Source: Balanoglossus misakiensis (Eukaryota > Animalia > Hemichordata). Taken from it: 64,000 bases of DNA. The stretch's first letter is position 1. Every line of letters begins with the position of its first letter. This document shows, piece after piece, positions 36,914 to 50,200 of this stretch. The notes under the pieces are model-generated. The model was not told the origin of the DNA, ran no database searches, and saw nothing but the letters and a program-made list of their open reading frames with translations. Where the stretch lies: positions 5,702,849 through 5,766,848 of the forward strand of contig CM082583.2 of NCBI GenBank assembly GCA_040954595.2, given 5' to 3'. The position numbers and the translations under genes are program-made.

Positions 36914-39900
36914 GTCGTTATAAGAGACGCTTTTAAAAATTCATTCTTTACTGATTGTTTTTTATCTAAATTTACCCCTATAAAAATCCCGGCAGGCGAA
37001 TTTACAGCGCTGGTATACCTGGTTAGGGAATGGTTGAATCCAAAACCAACTTTCGTTTGAACCAATCGTTATTTGTGAATACCCAGGAGGTTTAAATGAA
37101 AATATATACATGCACTCTCTAATACGAGACTTCAGTTTAAATACTCCAGTGATTGCTGGCTGTGACATCCACTGGGCGCGCATTTATTACTTACTCCACC
37201 AATTCTTACCGACTGCATGCAATAAGAGCGACGATATACTTTGTTGTGGTGGGGGCCGGAGTACAGTACAAATACTGTGATCAGCCGTGTTGTTAGATTC
37301 GAGGAATTCATGTTAGACAAAATATGCACAGAATGTCAACATTTCGGTTTTAGGGTGAAGACACAAGTGCGTGACATACTGTCCTGTTGCGTCATTTTAT
37401 CAAGCGTGCGTTTAATTGTACACGTACATGTATAAAATAGGATGTCCGCTTTTAATTAGCTCTTCGATATCATTTAACTTAATTTTCAAATTTCAAAAAA
37501 GCAAAACTGATCTGATCAGAGATACGTGTAACTTTCTGTTCGGGACGGAGAAAAATCGTCAAAGCCTGATACGGGAATTATTACTCTAAATACTAAATCA
37601 CTCTTTATTCTGTCATCAAACATGTGGCGCTCTTTTTGAATTGTCAAGGCATGTCTGCATAATAGGTAGAATAACGCAGTACGGTTTCACAGAGAAGTTT
37701 TAAAAGTTGACAGGAAATCAACACAGAGGTGGGGACGTGTTTTTACTGGCAACCATCTCATGCCTTCACAACTATGTTCCATTTAAAACAGATAAGAGTC
37801 TCATGGCAACGGAATTTGTTTTTGAAAAAAAAACATTGTCTAACTTACGACACACAACCGATCGATCATTAACGATAAATGCGTTTATAATGTCATTAAT
37901 ATATGATGTTTATCATCCAGTGACGGATCTTTCTGGTATCAAATGATCCGGTGATTTGTCGTAAGATGTGATCTCACGAAGATAACATGGTCGGTTGGTA
38001 CAAAATTGGTAATTAATGGGCGAATCATGACCATAAAACATTTCTCTGTATATCACCAAACACAGTCAATGTTGTACGGGCAAGGACATGAATAACGTAT
38101 TGCAGAATTTATATACATGTATGTACGATCATCTATCTACCAAAGTGATGTGATTGCATGGTTTATTTACAAATACATAATGTTCGTATGACACAATGGA
38201 CAAAAACGTTCGTGAACATGCGGCTTTTGTACAATTTCACTTTTAAACGAACGTTTCGCTCTTTTGAACAGTAACATTTTTCTCGCGGGCAAAATTTTTC
38301 AGTTTTGAAGAATAACGCGTCCCTTTCGGGCAACATTAAACATACATTGAACTCGGAGCTACATCAAGCCACTTGTATCGTGTGTACCGTAAATGTAGTG
38401 TCAGATAGACCCGAAGCAAACCCCCCTCTGTTCTCTGTGAAGTAGATAATGCCCCCACGTTCCACGTGTCGAAGAAGGAGTTAATGTGGCTATCACCGGA
38501 AGCCATGTTTGTGTCTCCCAGTCGCGAATGTAAAGGTAGCGATCCGATCATCGGGGACGACGTGACCACTTGAGGTGTCGAACACGCCGCGAAACCAGAC
38601 GATAAACCGTGAGGAGATCCCACTGCGTTAAAAGAACCAGAGTGTGGCAGTTTTTCTTGTGGCAATATTTGTTGTAGATCTTCCGTGTTTCGTTCTGTGG
38701 GGATCGTCCATGTCTGTCTCAGCTGGGGAGTGTGGATAGTCCAGGTAATTGAGTTCTTTGAAAATTGCCTTTTACGTACTGACACTTATCTTTACGAGTT
38801 CCTGCTCTTTACTGGGGAACGCGATAGCTTGTCTTTTAATGCGCAAAAGACATTTACGATCGTATAAAAGAATTCTTTAATAAGTCAAATGACTGGCCTG
38901 ATCCAACTGGTTTGTTTCTAGTTCTAGCGCTGTTTGTGAGCACGGTGAAACAAAGTTGAATCCTTCAGCCAATTTTTGCAAGAACTCCATTTTACACAGC
39001 TTTCGAATATATGAAAAAAAAAAAACCCGGCACTTTTTGCTCTATTTTTATATGACATCCGTGTGTACCACTCTTTGGTTGTACATGCCGCCATTCCACA
39101 GGTTAGCAAACTATGCGTGTATGCGGGTTTACACATGTTGAACGGCTGTGGAAGTATGTGGGAAACGCGAGATCGCGAGAGTCTTGAACTCACAGATTGA
39201 TGCCGGCCGCGTATTGTGATATTTAAAACAGAGATCAGGTTCTGGTGACTCCGTAAGAACGGGGAGACTGAGGATGGGAGGTCTTGGAGGAAAGGCAGTG
39301 TTGGGTAACACTTCGGCATTCGGATCAGTGGCTGGGTTCGAGTTAACTTCAGATCTTATAATAGCACGTGGAGGAGTGCGGGGAAACGTGGAAATAGAAG
39401 ATTGTATCGTCCTCTCTCCGCGATTGTCGTCATTGAGTGGAAAATCCCCCGATCACCTAGATTGATGCCAGATAAAAACCATTGCTCGTGCTGGCCATCG
39501 TTAAGACGATGTAATCTGAGGCGAGATGTGTCTTGAAAATAGAATACATGGAGGACGTTACCGGCTTCGGGGATGTCAGCCTGAGCGAGGCAGCGCGATC
39601 CGGTATCTTCGAGGATTATTTTTTTTTACCTTGCTGTCTAGAGCAAACAAGGATGAGATAGATATTTGTGGTTTAACTCTAGACTCTTTCCAGCTGAAGT
39701 CATGTGTGTAGTTTTATGAATACTCAGTGGTCAACAAAAGAAATTCAAATCCACTCGTGCCGATCGAATCAGCGTTGCAGGACCGTGAAGCGTAATAGAT
39801 AAAATAAGACGAAATATCTTGGGAAACGTTTGTCTAAGCTTCAGTAAGCAAAGGCATATACAAGAGGGCACGGGGCATTCAAGAAACTAACCTCTCTTGT

Positions 39901-42900
39901 TAAAGGGCTTTCATGCAAGCCATAAACACGACTTTTTAGACATAACATCGAGATTTCAAAAAGAAGGCCAGTTGCCCAAAAGTTTCTTGTGATTCGTTTC
40001 TGAGGAAGTACCCATTGTCCAAATGATGAACTGATGAATGATTTAAGTGCCGCGCTTTTAATGATTTAGTATTTTCGTTCCCGATTCCTATGGCGATGTT
40101 CCGATACGGCGACGCTGCATAAAAAAATCAAAACGACATAAATTTTAATTTGCGTGCGGCTATTGTCGGTATTATGAGATTCGGTTACCCAATCGGCGGT
40201 GATCACAAACCGTGAAACTTTTTTTCCTATATCGTGTACATGAGCTATGCTTCCTCTAAAGGTGACGTCATAATGGCTGTTACCAAGTCCCCATTAAAGC
40301 TCAAAACTCATCCTTCAGACTTGAGAACGTGATTTTCGATTATATTGAGTCACAGTATAAGACGTACGTGTGCAGTCAGTAAACCCTAGTGAAGGTAGCG
40401 AGTGTACACATACAGCATGCGTGTATTTAAGAGTGGGTAGCTTACACGTTGATTTCCATTTGAACGAAGAACTATATTAATATCAGAGATCACAAACTAA
40501 CCCCTATAGAAAGGAGATCGCCATGTCAATCCGGGTCACTCTATTATATAGGTATGGCGCCAGCGACACGTCCTCTGTGGTTTTGCGTCCGTTCGTCGAA
40601 CGCCGTGTACCAACCAAGAGCAAAAAGAAAAGGTTATTTATTCAGACATAACATTCCAACCGATGCATTGTCCCCACAGCGGCGGTTCACATGATCCGTT
40701 CAAATGCCATGTGTGTCGTCGGGATATAATCTGACCGGGGAGTCGCTTGCTGCCTCAAGCTGAAAGGGCCGTAAAAACGGATTGAAACTTCATGGCGCCG
40801 AAGCAGGGGAATCTTTTATATAGTCTAACAGTCTTAGAAATGCGCATATCATAGAATATACACAGATACATGTATAGGGGACTTTTTTCTGATTGCGCTT
40901 TTGCGGTTGTATATAGTCAAGGGAACCGCAATCACACGGGGTCACTGGGTTTGGGTCAATCTTTTTATTGTGTTGGCTGACTTTCTAAATGTCATAAAGA
41001 CTGTTCTGCACATTATGGATGCTGTAACCTTCACCGTGGGCATTTATTGTGAATGATTTATACGAGCGCGTACTCATTGGAACGTGTGGCCTTAGGAAAG
41101 AATTCGGCAACCAAGTATGTATATGGCGCCGGAGAACCGTCACGACAGATCGAATTTCTGCAAAACCCAGCCTGTCGATTACACAAATGGGTGAGCATGA
41201 AAAGAATGATCTCAATACACGGTGCATGCGAGGAGATACTTTTATCACAGCTCCGTCAAACCGCCAATGCACGACGAGAGTTTTGCCACGGTTACTGTGA
41301 TGCTTTGCACCCGGCCCGACTCCGGCGTTTTTGACAACCAATAGCAGCAAAGACTCAGTGGAGATATTAACATAAAATTTGCATACTACTAAAGTTAGGC
41401 GACATGTGGGAAGCGCAACAAAAATTAAGTATTTTACGTTTTCACCGACACTTCTCTCCACAAAACTTTTATTTTAAAAATTCAAGAACTAAATTCCAGA
41501 CAAGCTTTGAGTAAGCGAGCCGGATTACCCACCGCTTTTGAAATTATTACTCTGTATTTCCTCTCTGGGGAAATTGAATTGATGATCTCGAAAAAAGATA
41601 GCGACTCCCCACTCCGTATTTTCCTGGAAAATGTCGTCGAAGTGGGAATACCGGCCCTGTCGGCTAGGAACACACATTTCATGTCATTTTTCCATGTCAG
41701 TATACTTAAAAAATGATGACAGTCGTCTTTTTGAATCAGATAAACGGGAATGTAATTAGAACCGCTGTGTACTGCGCTTCGTATTCAGAAAGAAAAGCCC
41801 CTTAATTCAAGTGTGTTTCCGACTAAATGCAAGTTGCCATCCCCGTTATATATGTTTCAAATTTAACAAATCCCAAAGTGGCATTCTCATTTTTTAGTTT
41901 AGTTTTTGACACCGTGCATAGGTTGAAATCGTATGATGTGCAATCCCCACATAATAAGAGACACACTAAATTACCTGCACCACTTTCCCTTGTAAAGTGT
42001 GAAAGGTTCCAGTGACTCCACTATTTGTGTTCGAGATATGGCTATTTCTAGCCATTTGACATGTATGACATGAACCGTCGCTCCGAACATGGAGGACGCT
42101 GATCGCTTTTTCATCGCGCACTACCCTAGACAGCAATACACGCTCGGATCTTCTCCCGGGCCCATTGCGACAAACTGATGAAATTGCTCACTGGCGACAA
42201 ATTGCTATTCCCCTGTCACCAGTAGCTGTTAGCCAGCCGCAATTCTAGACAGTGTCTATGATTTCTGACAACATGATTCAGTCTCTTTTCTGTGTTTGAT
42301 GTAATGCGAGGTGACGTGGCGCTGACTGGCTGACAGGAAATCTCAATCTCTCCAAATTGAGAACGGGGTCATTTCATCTTCCCGACTTTGAAATACGTAC
42401 AAATGCAAAACAGGAAATTCTGGCGAGGTCGCTCAGATATTTCATCACAGATGATCTCCAACCTTTATAGATGTTGACTTAATGGGTTTACAGCATGACA
42501 TCTATAGACGTCTCACTCACACAGTCCATGCGCGACGCATATACTCAAGAGCACGGAAAGAGTATAGAACGCTATCAGGTTCAACATTACTTAACCCGGA
42601 TATCGGCGGTGACCTGTAACGCACACCGGCGAACGCTTTCGTTTCACCCGGCTCACTCAATTGTTAAGTTGGCTTCTGAAAGCATGAATTAATGATAGGA
42701 AGGTATAATGCCATGAAGTCGTGATCAAGCGCTGAGTATGAAATCGCAATCCTGCAGCCCATATTTAGTTCTTGTACCTCATCCATTCTGCATCATATTC
42801 TGTATATATTGCGTTTCCAACCACCCAGTAAATTCAAAGTTATTTCATAATTCATATAAGTATTCACATCCCTAAGTACCGGGCCCAGTTACAAGCTTAT

Positions 42901-45549
42901 GCCTGTTTTGGAGGGGTGACGGTGCTTGGTATGCGTGCTTGACAATGTGTGATTTATTGAAAAGCAGTCCGCCACTGTAGAAAATTTGCTCAGACGACGA
43001 CTCGTGCACAGTGTCTTGAAAGTGATGAGTTGGGGTTCTTTAATCTAGATCAAGTGATGGAGGCATGGATGAAAATATACATCAAGAACGACGCTTCGTC
43101 TCATTTCATTCAACTACGCAAAACGGCGAAATGTTCCCGATTGCCAGTATCAATCACCGAGTATTGTGCAACAGCGAGTGTGTTACACTGAATGCCGGTT
43201 TAATAGACCCCGGATGTCACGCGTTGAGTAAAGATGGCAAAGGTATAGACCGCGCAGCCGCGCCGCGGACCTCAAAGTTGTCTTTCTCGTGTAAACAATA
43301 TGCTAGTCAAGATGACTGTGTTGCTTTCCTGCTGCTGTCAGTTAGAGGCGATCTGACCGGAAAACTAATCATGACAGCTGGGGTGCCCGTCTCGGGGTCG
43401 GTCTGTGGACCCTCCGCGTGGGCATCTCTCCAGATAGATGGCTCCAATAAACTCAGTTTCGCAAGTTTATTAAGTGTTGGAAATTACTACTGTGATTATG
43501 GATACTGTTGATTTATATCGCTCGTGAAAGACATCTGACGGCCTCGATACAAAGTCGTGCTTATTGAACGCAGGCTATTAAAAGTAAATCGGACAGCCAT
43601 TAAAAGCCTTTGAGGAGCGATTTTTCATGCATACATTGACAGCTCAGGGCGATCAAATGCTGTTTGAACTCTGGGGCTGATTTCCATTCACCGTTTTGAA
43701 CCCCTGTTTGAAAACATTGTATTTGATGGCAATGCTTACATCTCTTACCCATTACAGTGTTGAAATTCCTAGTTCTTGTTTAGGAGTACACGGTTCTTCA
43801 GATGTCGAATACTTTTTATGGTCTCAAATGGCTTGCCGTCAATCACGGGAAATAGTCTGTGACAGCATTGACGTGCAGGTATGGGCCGCATGCGGACCCG
43901 CCAGTCTAATGATGAGTGTCTGTCTGTCTGTCTGTCTGCATAGTGAGAAGGGTATCCTAGTAACCTTTTAATTTAAAGCCCCATGAGCTGCAACTCGATA
44001 AAAATGTAAGCTATGAATTATCTCCGATATGCTTGTAATTAATGACATTGCCTGATAGTATTTACAGTAAATTTTGAGCGACCAATATCACTGTTTTGGT
44101 TCTCCGCTGCATCATACTTCAGAACACCCAAGAGGTCAACCCGGCAATCATTTCTGCATAGTTGCAATTAGTTGCAATTAAGCAGCTGTGGGCAATCCCG
44201 GTATCCAATAAAATATTTAACTGTATTCAATTAAAAGGAAATTTTGCCCGACATGAATGAAACTGGTTCCTGTTGTATTCAAAGAGACCTTAAACGTATG
44301 CATTGTAAATATATAAATAATGTACATATAACAGTAATTATGCTATACTGTGGAATTCGAGTTATTCGCAAATTAAAAAAAACCCATCAATTTTTAATTA
44401 CATACCCTGAATCCAAACAAGCGATGATTTCAAATTTAACATATTTTATGGTTATATTCTATATACCGTATTAGCTTAGTGGTATCCTGAAAGATTGGTT
44501 TTGCTTTTCGCAAATATACAGTAATTGAATAAGTAGCGACGGTTAAACACGACACCAAGGATTATAGCCGGTTAACAAGGACACACTTCCCCTTTATTAT
44601 TTAATTCCATCACGATTTCCAGACGCCAAGTGAATGATATGTTGACGTCGGTGAGAAATCGAGAAGTGACCTAAAGTTACATTAAATTGGAAATGATTAC
44701 ATTTACAAATTATATCTGGAAACTTCAATTAGCGCAGTGTAAGACTATTTCTCGTCCACCGTTTGATTTCCACGTCGCGACTAATCAGTGTCACCAGAGA
44801 AAGTTTACGGCGTAGGCATATCGAGTGTACTTCTGAGTTATATTTCGAAATGCCACATGTTATACAAGTATGTCTTATCCACAAATATGTAAGATTTATC
44901 ATTTGCTGTGATATATCTCGCTGCTGCAAATATTTATTTCAAACTTCCAACTTTTCGCATTTCTTGTGTTGCATGAAAAAAAGTTTATCATTAACTGGTC
45001 TATAGGTTTTAATTTATGTGAAGATAACAAACGCGTAAGGATATACTAGGCTACCATTCTTTCGTTCAGTTTCTTCTAATGAATTACGGTTTTTACATTC
45101 TACGCGTTCAGGCGGCTTGAAATGTGTCAATGTCTATATAATCTGTGCTGGACTAGTTTAAACTATCATTAACCACGGAAGGAACTAGCCCCGAACACAT
45201 ACTTTGAGAAAATTGCCCAGCCACATGCTTCGAACTCAAAAGAGTCAAATTTGGTAACACACGCACGCACGCGAGCACAAATGTTTACTACGAAAATACA
45301 GAATAGACAAAAGCACGAAGAATAGGGCATTACTTCTCAAAATATGTTTTTTTCGGTGTTTGTCTCAATGTAAATCCCGCGAGGCGCATCTAATCAAATT
45401 GAAAGGTGTTGTTTTGAAACCTTGTGCACCATTTGATGACGCTCCGGATGGAGATAATCACCACAAAGGTTACTTTACGCATTATATTCAGCTTAAATAA
45501 GCATGCTGTTTCTCTTTTATTAAAACCACTGCCGCAGTTCACTAGAAAT

Positions 45550-45665
45550 ATGGTATGGTATGGTATGGTATGACGTGATGTGTTATGTTATTGTGTCGTA
45601 CGTTATCGTATGGGTACATGAACTCACCTGACACGACATAATGTACGTGTTGTGTTGTGTTGTTG
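45550..45665. repeat. Degenerate pentanucleotide repeats (ATGGT)n ... (TGTGT)n
   Basis: atggt x4 followed by tgtta/ttgtg units. Confidence 0.7.
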
Positions 45666-47199
45666 AATCTATTGTATGATGGCGTGTCCCCATCTTAAAC
45701 CCTACCACTTTCGTCTACTATAGCAAAGTACATGTGTGGCGTTTTAAAACGCGGCATGTGAGATGTACTGCCTATACCACTGTGGTTCACCAGGGTCTTG
45801 GGTGATAGAGTGTGATGTGGTGTGATGTCGGTTTGTTGTGGGTACGGTGTTCTGCGTTGCTACGGGGGTTGATAGGGAAACCCAAGCCATCCCCTGCCTC
45901 GTTGTACACGAAAATAGGACGGGGCAAACGTTGACGCAAAGATGTCATTTAAAGAACCAAGTGGGACATCCGACGATAACAAGCTGCCTAATTAGATCGC
46001 CAGGGAAATATATTAACCTTGCTTTTTGCCGAGTAGAACAACACATCTGTCGTTAGCGGTAATGTGAAGCCAGCCATGAACATCTGGTCAGAGGTTTAGA
46101 GACGCACGTGTTACCACTAAGTACAAAACGCCGGCTAGTTAACATAACATGGACATTGATTGATTTATTTCGGCCTTTAATTAACACCTTAAACATTTGC
46201 CTACACCTGGCGTACTCACTAAAACCTCACATATTAGATACTGCAGCTTCGGTGAATTAATTAATTAATCATGACTCACTGCATAATGCTGGTAATGGGC
46301 AGCTGGCAAAGAAATTGTCTTAAGCGATGTCCATTGCGTCATATATCCTGCTGCCGTGTGAAATCTTTTTGTTTTGATGTGAGATGCTGTCTTAGCATGG
46401 CGAGTGTTCTTTTCCGAATGAATAAATGACGGATGGTTATTTTGGATTCATCGACATTGCTCTAATAACGCTTTATTAGTGGAATTGATGTACGATTCTC
46501 ATGTAGATCCAGTTAGAGCCTTTTGTTTAGATAATATCCGCAAGCAAACCACTGGTTTACATAAATTTTTGCCAAACAAATTGTTGCTCTGTGTATCCAT
46601 TGTTTCTTGAGGCCATTTTCCAAATTGGTCGCATAGCTGATAAGGGAATGATCTGTATACACTGTAGGTGCACTAAAACAAACGTACAGTATGCAATGTA
46701 TCTGAGACCTTTGAGCAGTTCTGGGGTCGATCTAGCTAGCTGCAAGGTGAACCATCAAAAGAAACAACTGGAGAGACATTGATTCGAAAGACACGCTGTA
46801 GATCTAGTGAATCTCTCAGGTGTGCATAATGTTCATCTTACTTAATCTAAGTTTCCGTATCTACTTAATGTTCGAGCCACGAGCTCTTTTCGGCAGCAAA
46901 TACTTCAGCATCATTCCGCCTTTATATATACCTATCACACAATTCAACAATCACGTACACTGGTCAGAACTTTGTAGTGACGTTTAAATGAGATTATAAA
47001 ACAATTAATTCCGTGTATCACTATGTTATGTTGTGTTGCGTTGTAGGTTAACATGCCTACTAAACGTTGGACCATTTTCGAATATCTTATTCGGACGCGT
47101 TCGTTTTCTCGGGGATAAAATGCCCCAAATCTTTTAAGCCAGGCTTGTGAGACGTAAGTCTTCCAGTTAAGCGTATACATGAATTCTGGATTTATTACT

Positions 47200-47292
47200 T
47201 TAACCTTGTGGCCCTTGTACTTCGGTTTAACCCCGCAGTTTTCAATAATGCGGCTGGATCTGTGTACAAGGAAATAGAGTTCAAAGGGTTAA
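47200..47292. mobile_element. Small TTAA-flanked MITE (piggyBac-type ends), decayed
   Basis: TTAA-CC(T)TTG at the left end and CAAAGGG-TTAA at the right end, with an internal inverted repeat CCTTGTAC/GTACAAGG. 93 bp long. Confidence 0.55.
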
Positions 47293-50200
47293 GACGTCCA
47301 TTCAACGTAAATGATGTTATTTTAGTTTTACAACGAATGCAACTCTCAAGTCCTTCCTTTCATATATAATGAATGGGGACATGTTTCTAAGATGCATGCT
47401 TGTTATCTGTCACGACTTAGGAATTAAGGAAATGGAATGGACTTAAACTTGCTAGATGGTGCATAGTAATCCTGCTTGCTTGTTCCTTTGTATAGACCTT
47501 GGTTTCCGTGTCTGCATGTACCTGTCAGGGAAGTGCTTAAAACATAGCAACAGCATTGTAAATTCTGAAACGACTTGTTGTAATTCTCAATTACATCTGG
47601 AAGTACAGAAATTCAATCACCTCCATTTTACACATGCCCATATATGGTTTAAAAGGGCGTGCCTAAGTCCGTTAACGACCTTATGGTAGCGAAAGTTTAT
47701 TTTTTCCTTCACGTGGCCAAACGAGTGATTGGTTAGATCTTAAATTCCCAAGGCAACTGTGACTAAATTTGCATAGGCGATCGTATACCTGCATTTCGTC
47801 CTAATGGCCTGCGATCACGTGCACAAGCGTTGCCTTGGTGCCCCCAATTCGTTGATCCCAGAAGCGCTTTCTTCCAAACATGCTTTTAAGAACGACCTGT
47901 CCGTATTGGGTGTCATGCGGTGGCACACGTTTGGTGTTTTAGATAAACAAAACCTCAGACACCTCCGTCTATTCTTAGAAGAGGTTAAGTATACAGGCAC
48001 GGCAGAACACGTCAAGTGAGAACTGACAAGAGTTGCGGTTTACACTGCAAACAGGGCTGACGGTAATTTATTCCCGACACGCTCCGCAATAGACTCACTG
48101 GAACCGAAAGGCATCAACATGTGAAACCTTTGAAAGTTCTCCTGTTGTATCGCCAGTGGTAGTCAATCACTCGACAGAAGCGTTCCCCCAACAACCCGGC
48201 AATTCGGCATGGTAACAGACAATGCATTTGCTATTAGTGTATGACCGTATGAAAAATATGCCTGCCAAAAAGGCGCCTCGGGACAGCTCCATTTACCAAT
48301 GAGCAGAATTGAGAGATGCATCAAACGAGACAGAATATCGATGAGCCAGTTTCGATATCATATTTTATAACGGACAAAACTATGTCAGAGCAAGTGAATC
48401 TGCTTGACAGCACACGGCCTTTTAAAAAAAAGATGTAAACCTTTGCACTATTGGCAGCGGCGTAGGATGCAATTCACTCCTTGGGACTAACAATTCTCAC
48501 TGCGCAGTCGAAAGGCCTTGTCAATAAGGCGAATAGTGGCTGTTTCGACATGCCCTAGAAAGTAGAGTAATAAATAGACCTGTAGTTGATACACAGAATG
48601 GAAAATGGTCAAAGCTACAGACGCCGCTGCCCCTTCTAAGATATTGCAAACTGATGCACGTGTTCAGTTCGATCGCCAAAAGTTGGATGGGAGTTCGAAA
48701 GGTTTGATGTGATTAGAAAGCTGGCCAGCATCAATGGCACAGTTCGGTCATACATTAGTAAGCCTCAACCGTCGAGAGAGCAGATCTCTCGCACTCCACC
48801 CAGCCATTATATCCAGCGACAATTTGCCGTTTTACGGCGATCAAAGCGAGCCGACGAAATATCGCACCTTGCTTTACAGCACGTTCGAGTGTCCGCACTC
48901 ATTACACCGACATACGTTTGAATTCTATCCCTTATCGAAAAGCGATATCCCCTCTTTACGACCAGAGAATTTATCAAAGGCCGGGTCATAAAACTGACTG
49001 GCGAGATAAAACAATCCAGAATGCATTCAGGTGAAATACACGCAACACCAAAAAAATAACGACCTTTCCGTAAAACGGTTGCGTTATTCTCCTTTTAAAG
49101 ACTATGTTGATTAGTTTTCGAATTTTATGACGCGGGATTACATGCGTGAAATTAAGCGACCAGACCCAGTCGTGGCACGAAATTCTGTTGAAGACCTGTT
49201 GGAACGAAGCATTTCAACCATTTTTTTCTATGCATTATGTCACAAAATTAGACGTCCTTTCTGGCCCGCGGTGAATAGTTTATAGCCGACAATGGCTGCA
49301 ATGATTAACCTGTAATTGATGATGGGGTGAGTTCATATTTTTCCCGCGGCTGACCTCGGTTGTTGTTTGTCATTTCCAGGTTATCCCAGGATTACTGGAG
49401 GGAGAAATGATGCTGCGCCGCCCTTATCAGTGAAAATCAAAGGAACATCGCTGCATAGTTTGTCAACGGTTTCCGCCGATCGAGGAGTCTACATTAGATG
49501 TCCGTTGCTGATTTAGCACACATCAGTGGCGAAGGTCAGTAACCCCCCTTTTTGCCTTATCTGTCTTCGCGCGAGCTGACTGACGCATGACACGCATGTG
49601 CAAAGAACGTTCCCAGTTTTGTTCGGTTACATGTGCCTGAATGCGCTTCGTCTCTTATGATACGGCATATGTATACACGACAGCATCGGGGGTGAATGGA
49701 GAGGTGAGATATTGGATCTATTCCCGCGATAAAATAAACAAAACACCGACAAATAGACACTGTCAATCATGTCACATGATATGAAACTAAAGGTGTTGTC
49801 ACTGATAGTACCACATTGGGCTACGTCTACTCTAACCGCTGAAACAGTTCTGACTATGTTAGACAGACAGCCCAATACAGTTAGCACGGTCTATGGCCCG
49901 AAAGAATTTGAAAACGACGACAACCTGCAGCCTGTAAAAATCCTATTGCAAATGCGCTTGCTTCGACGCGTGGAATTTGATATTATAATATTTTACACTG
50001 ATTGCTAAGAAACATTAGTTTACACAATTTTTGACCTGTCCTTTGCGCCATACCAAAATTGGCCACAGCTTCTCTTTCTTATTAAACCCCGGTGCGGAAA
50101 GTCCTGGGGTTCGGATTAACGTGTGTTTGTATAGTTGTTTATTTGGGAGTGGTCGTCGTGCATAATGACTGTGTAATTGCTCTCATGTACACAGAAAATA

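Noticed and set aside
42175-42210. Other CTGANGA hammerhead-core look-alikes (42175, 51453, 53124, 57340)
   Set aside because: They lack a properly placed stem II, GAAA and stem I combination.
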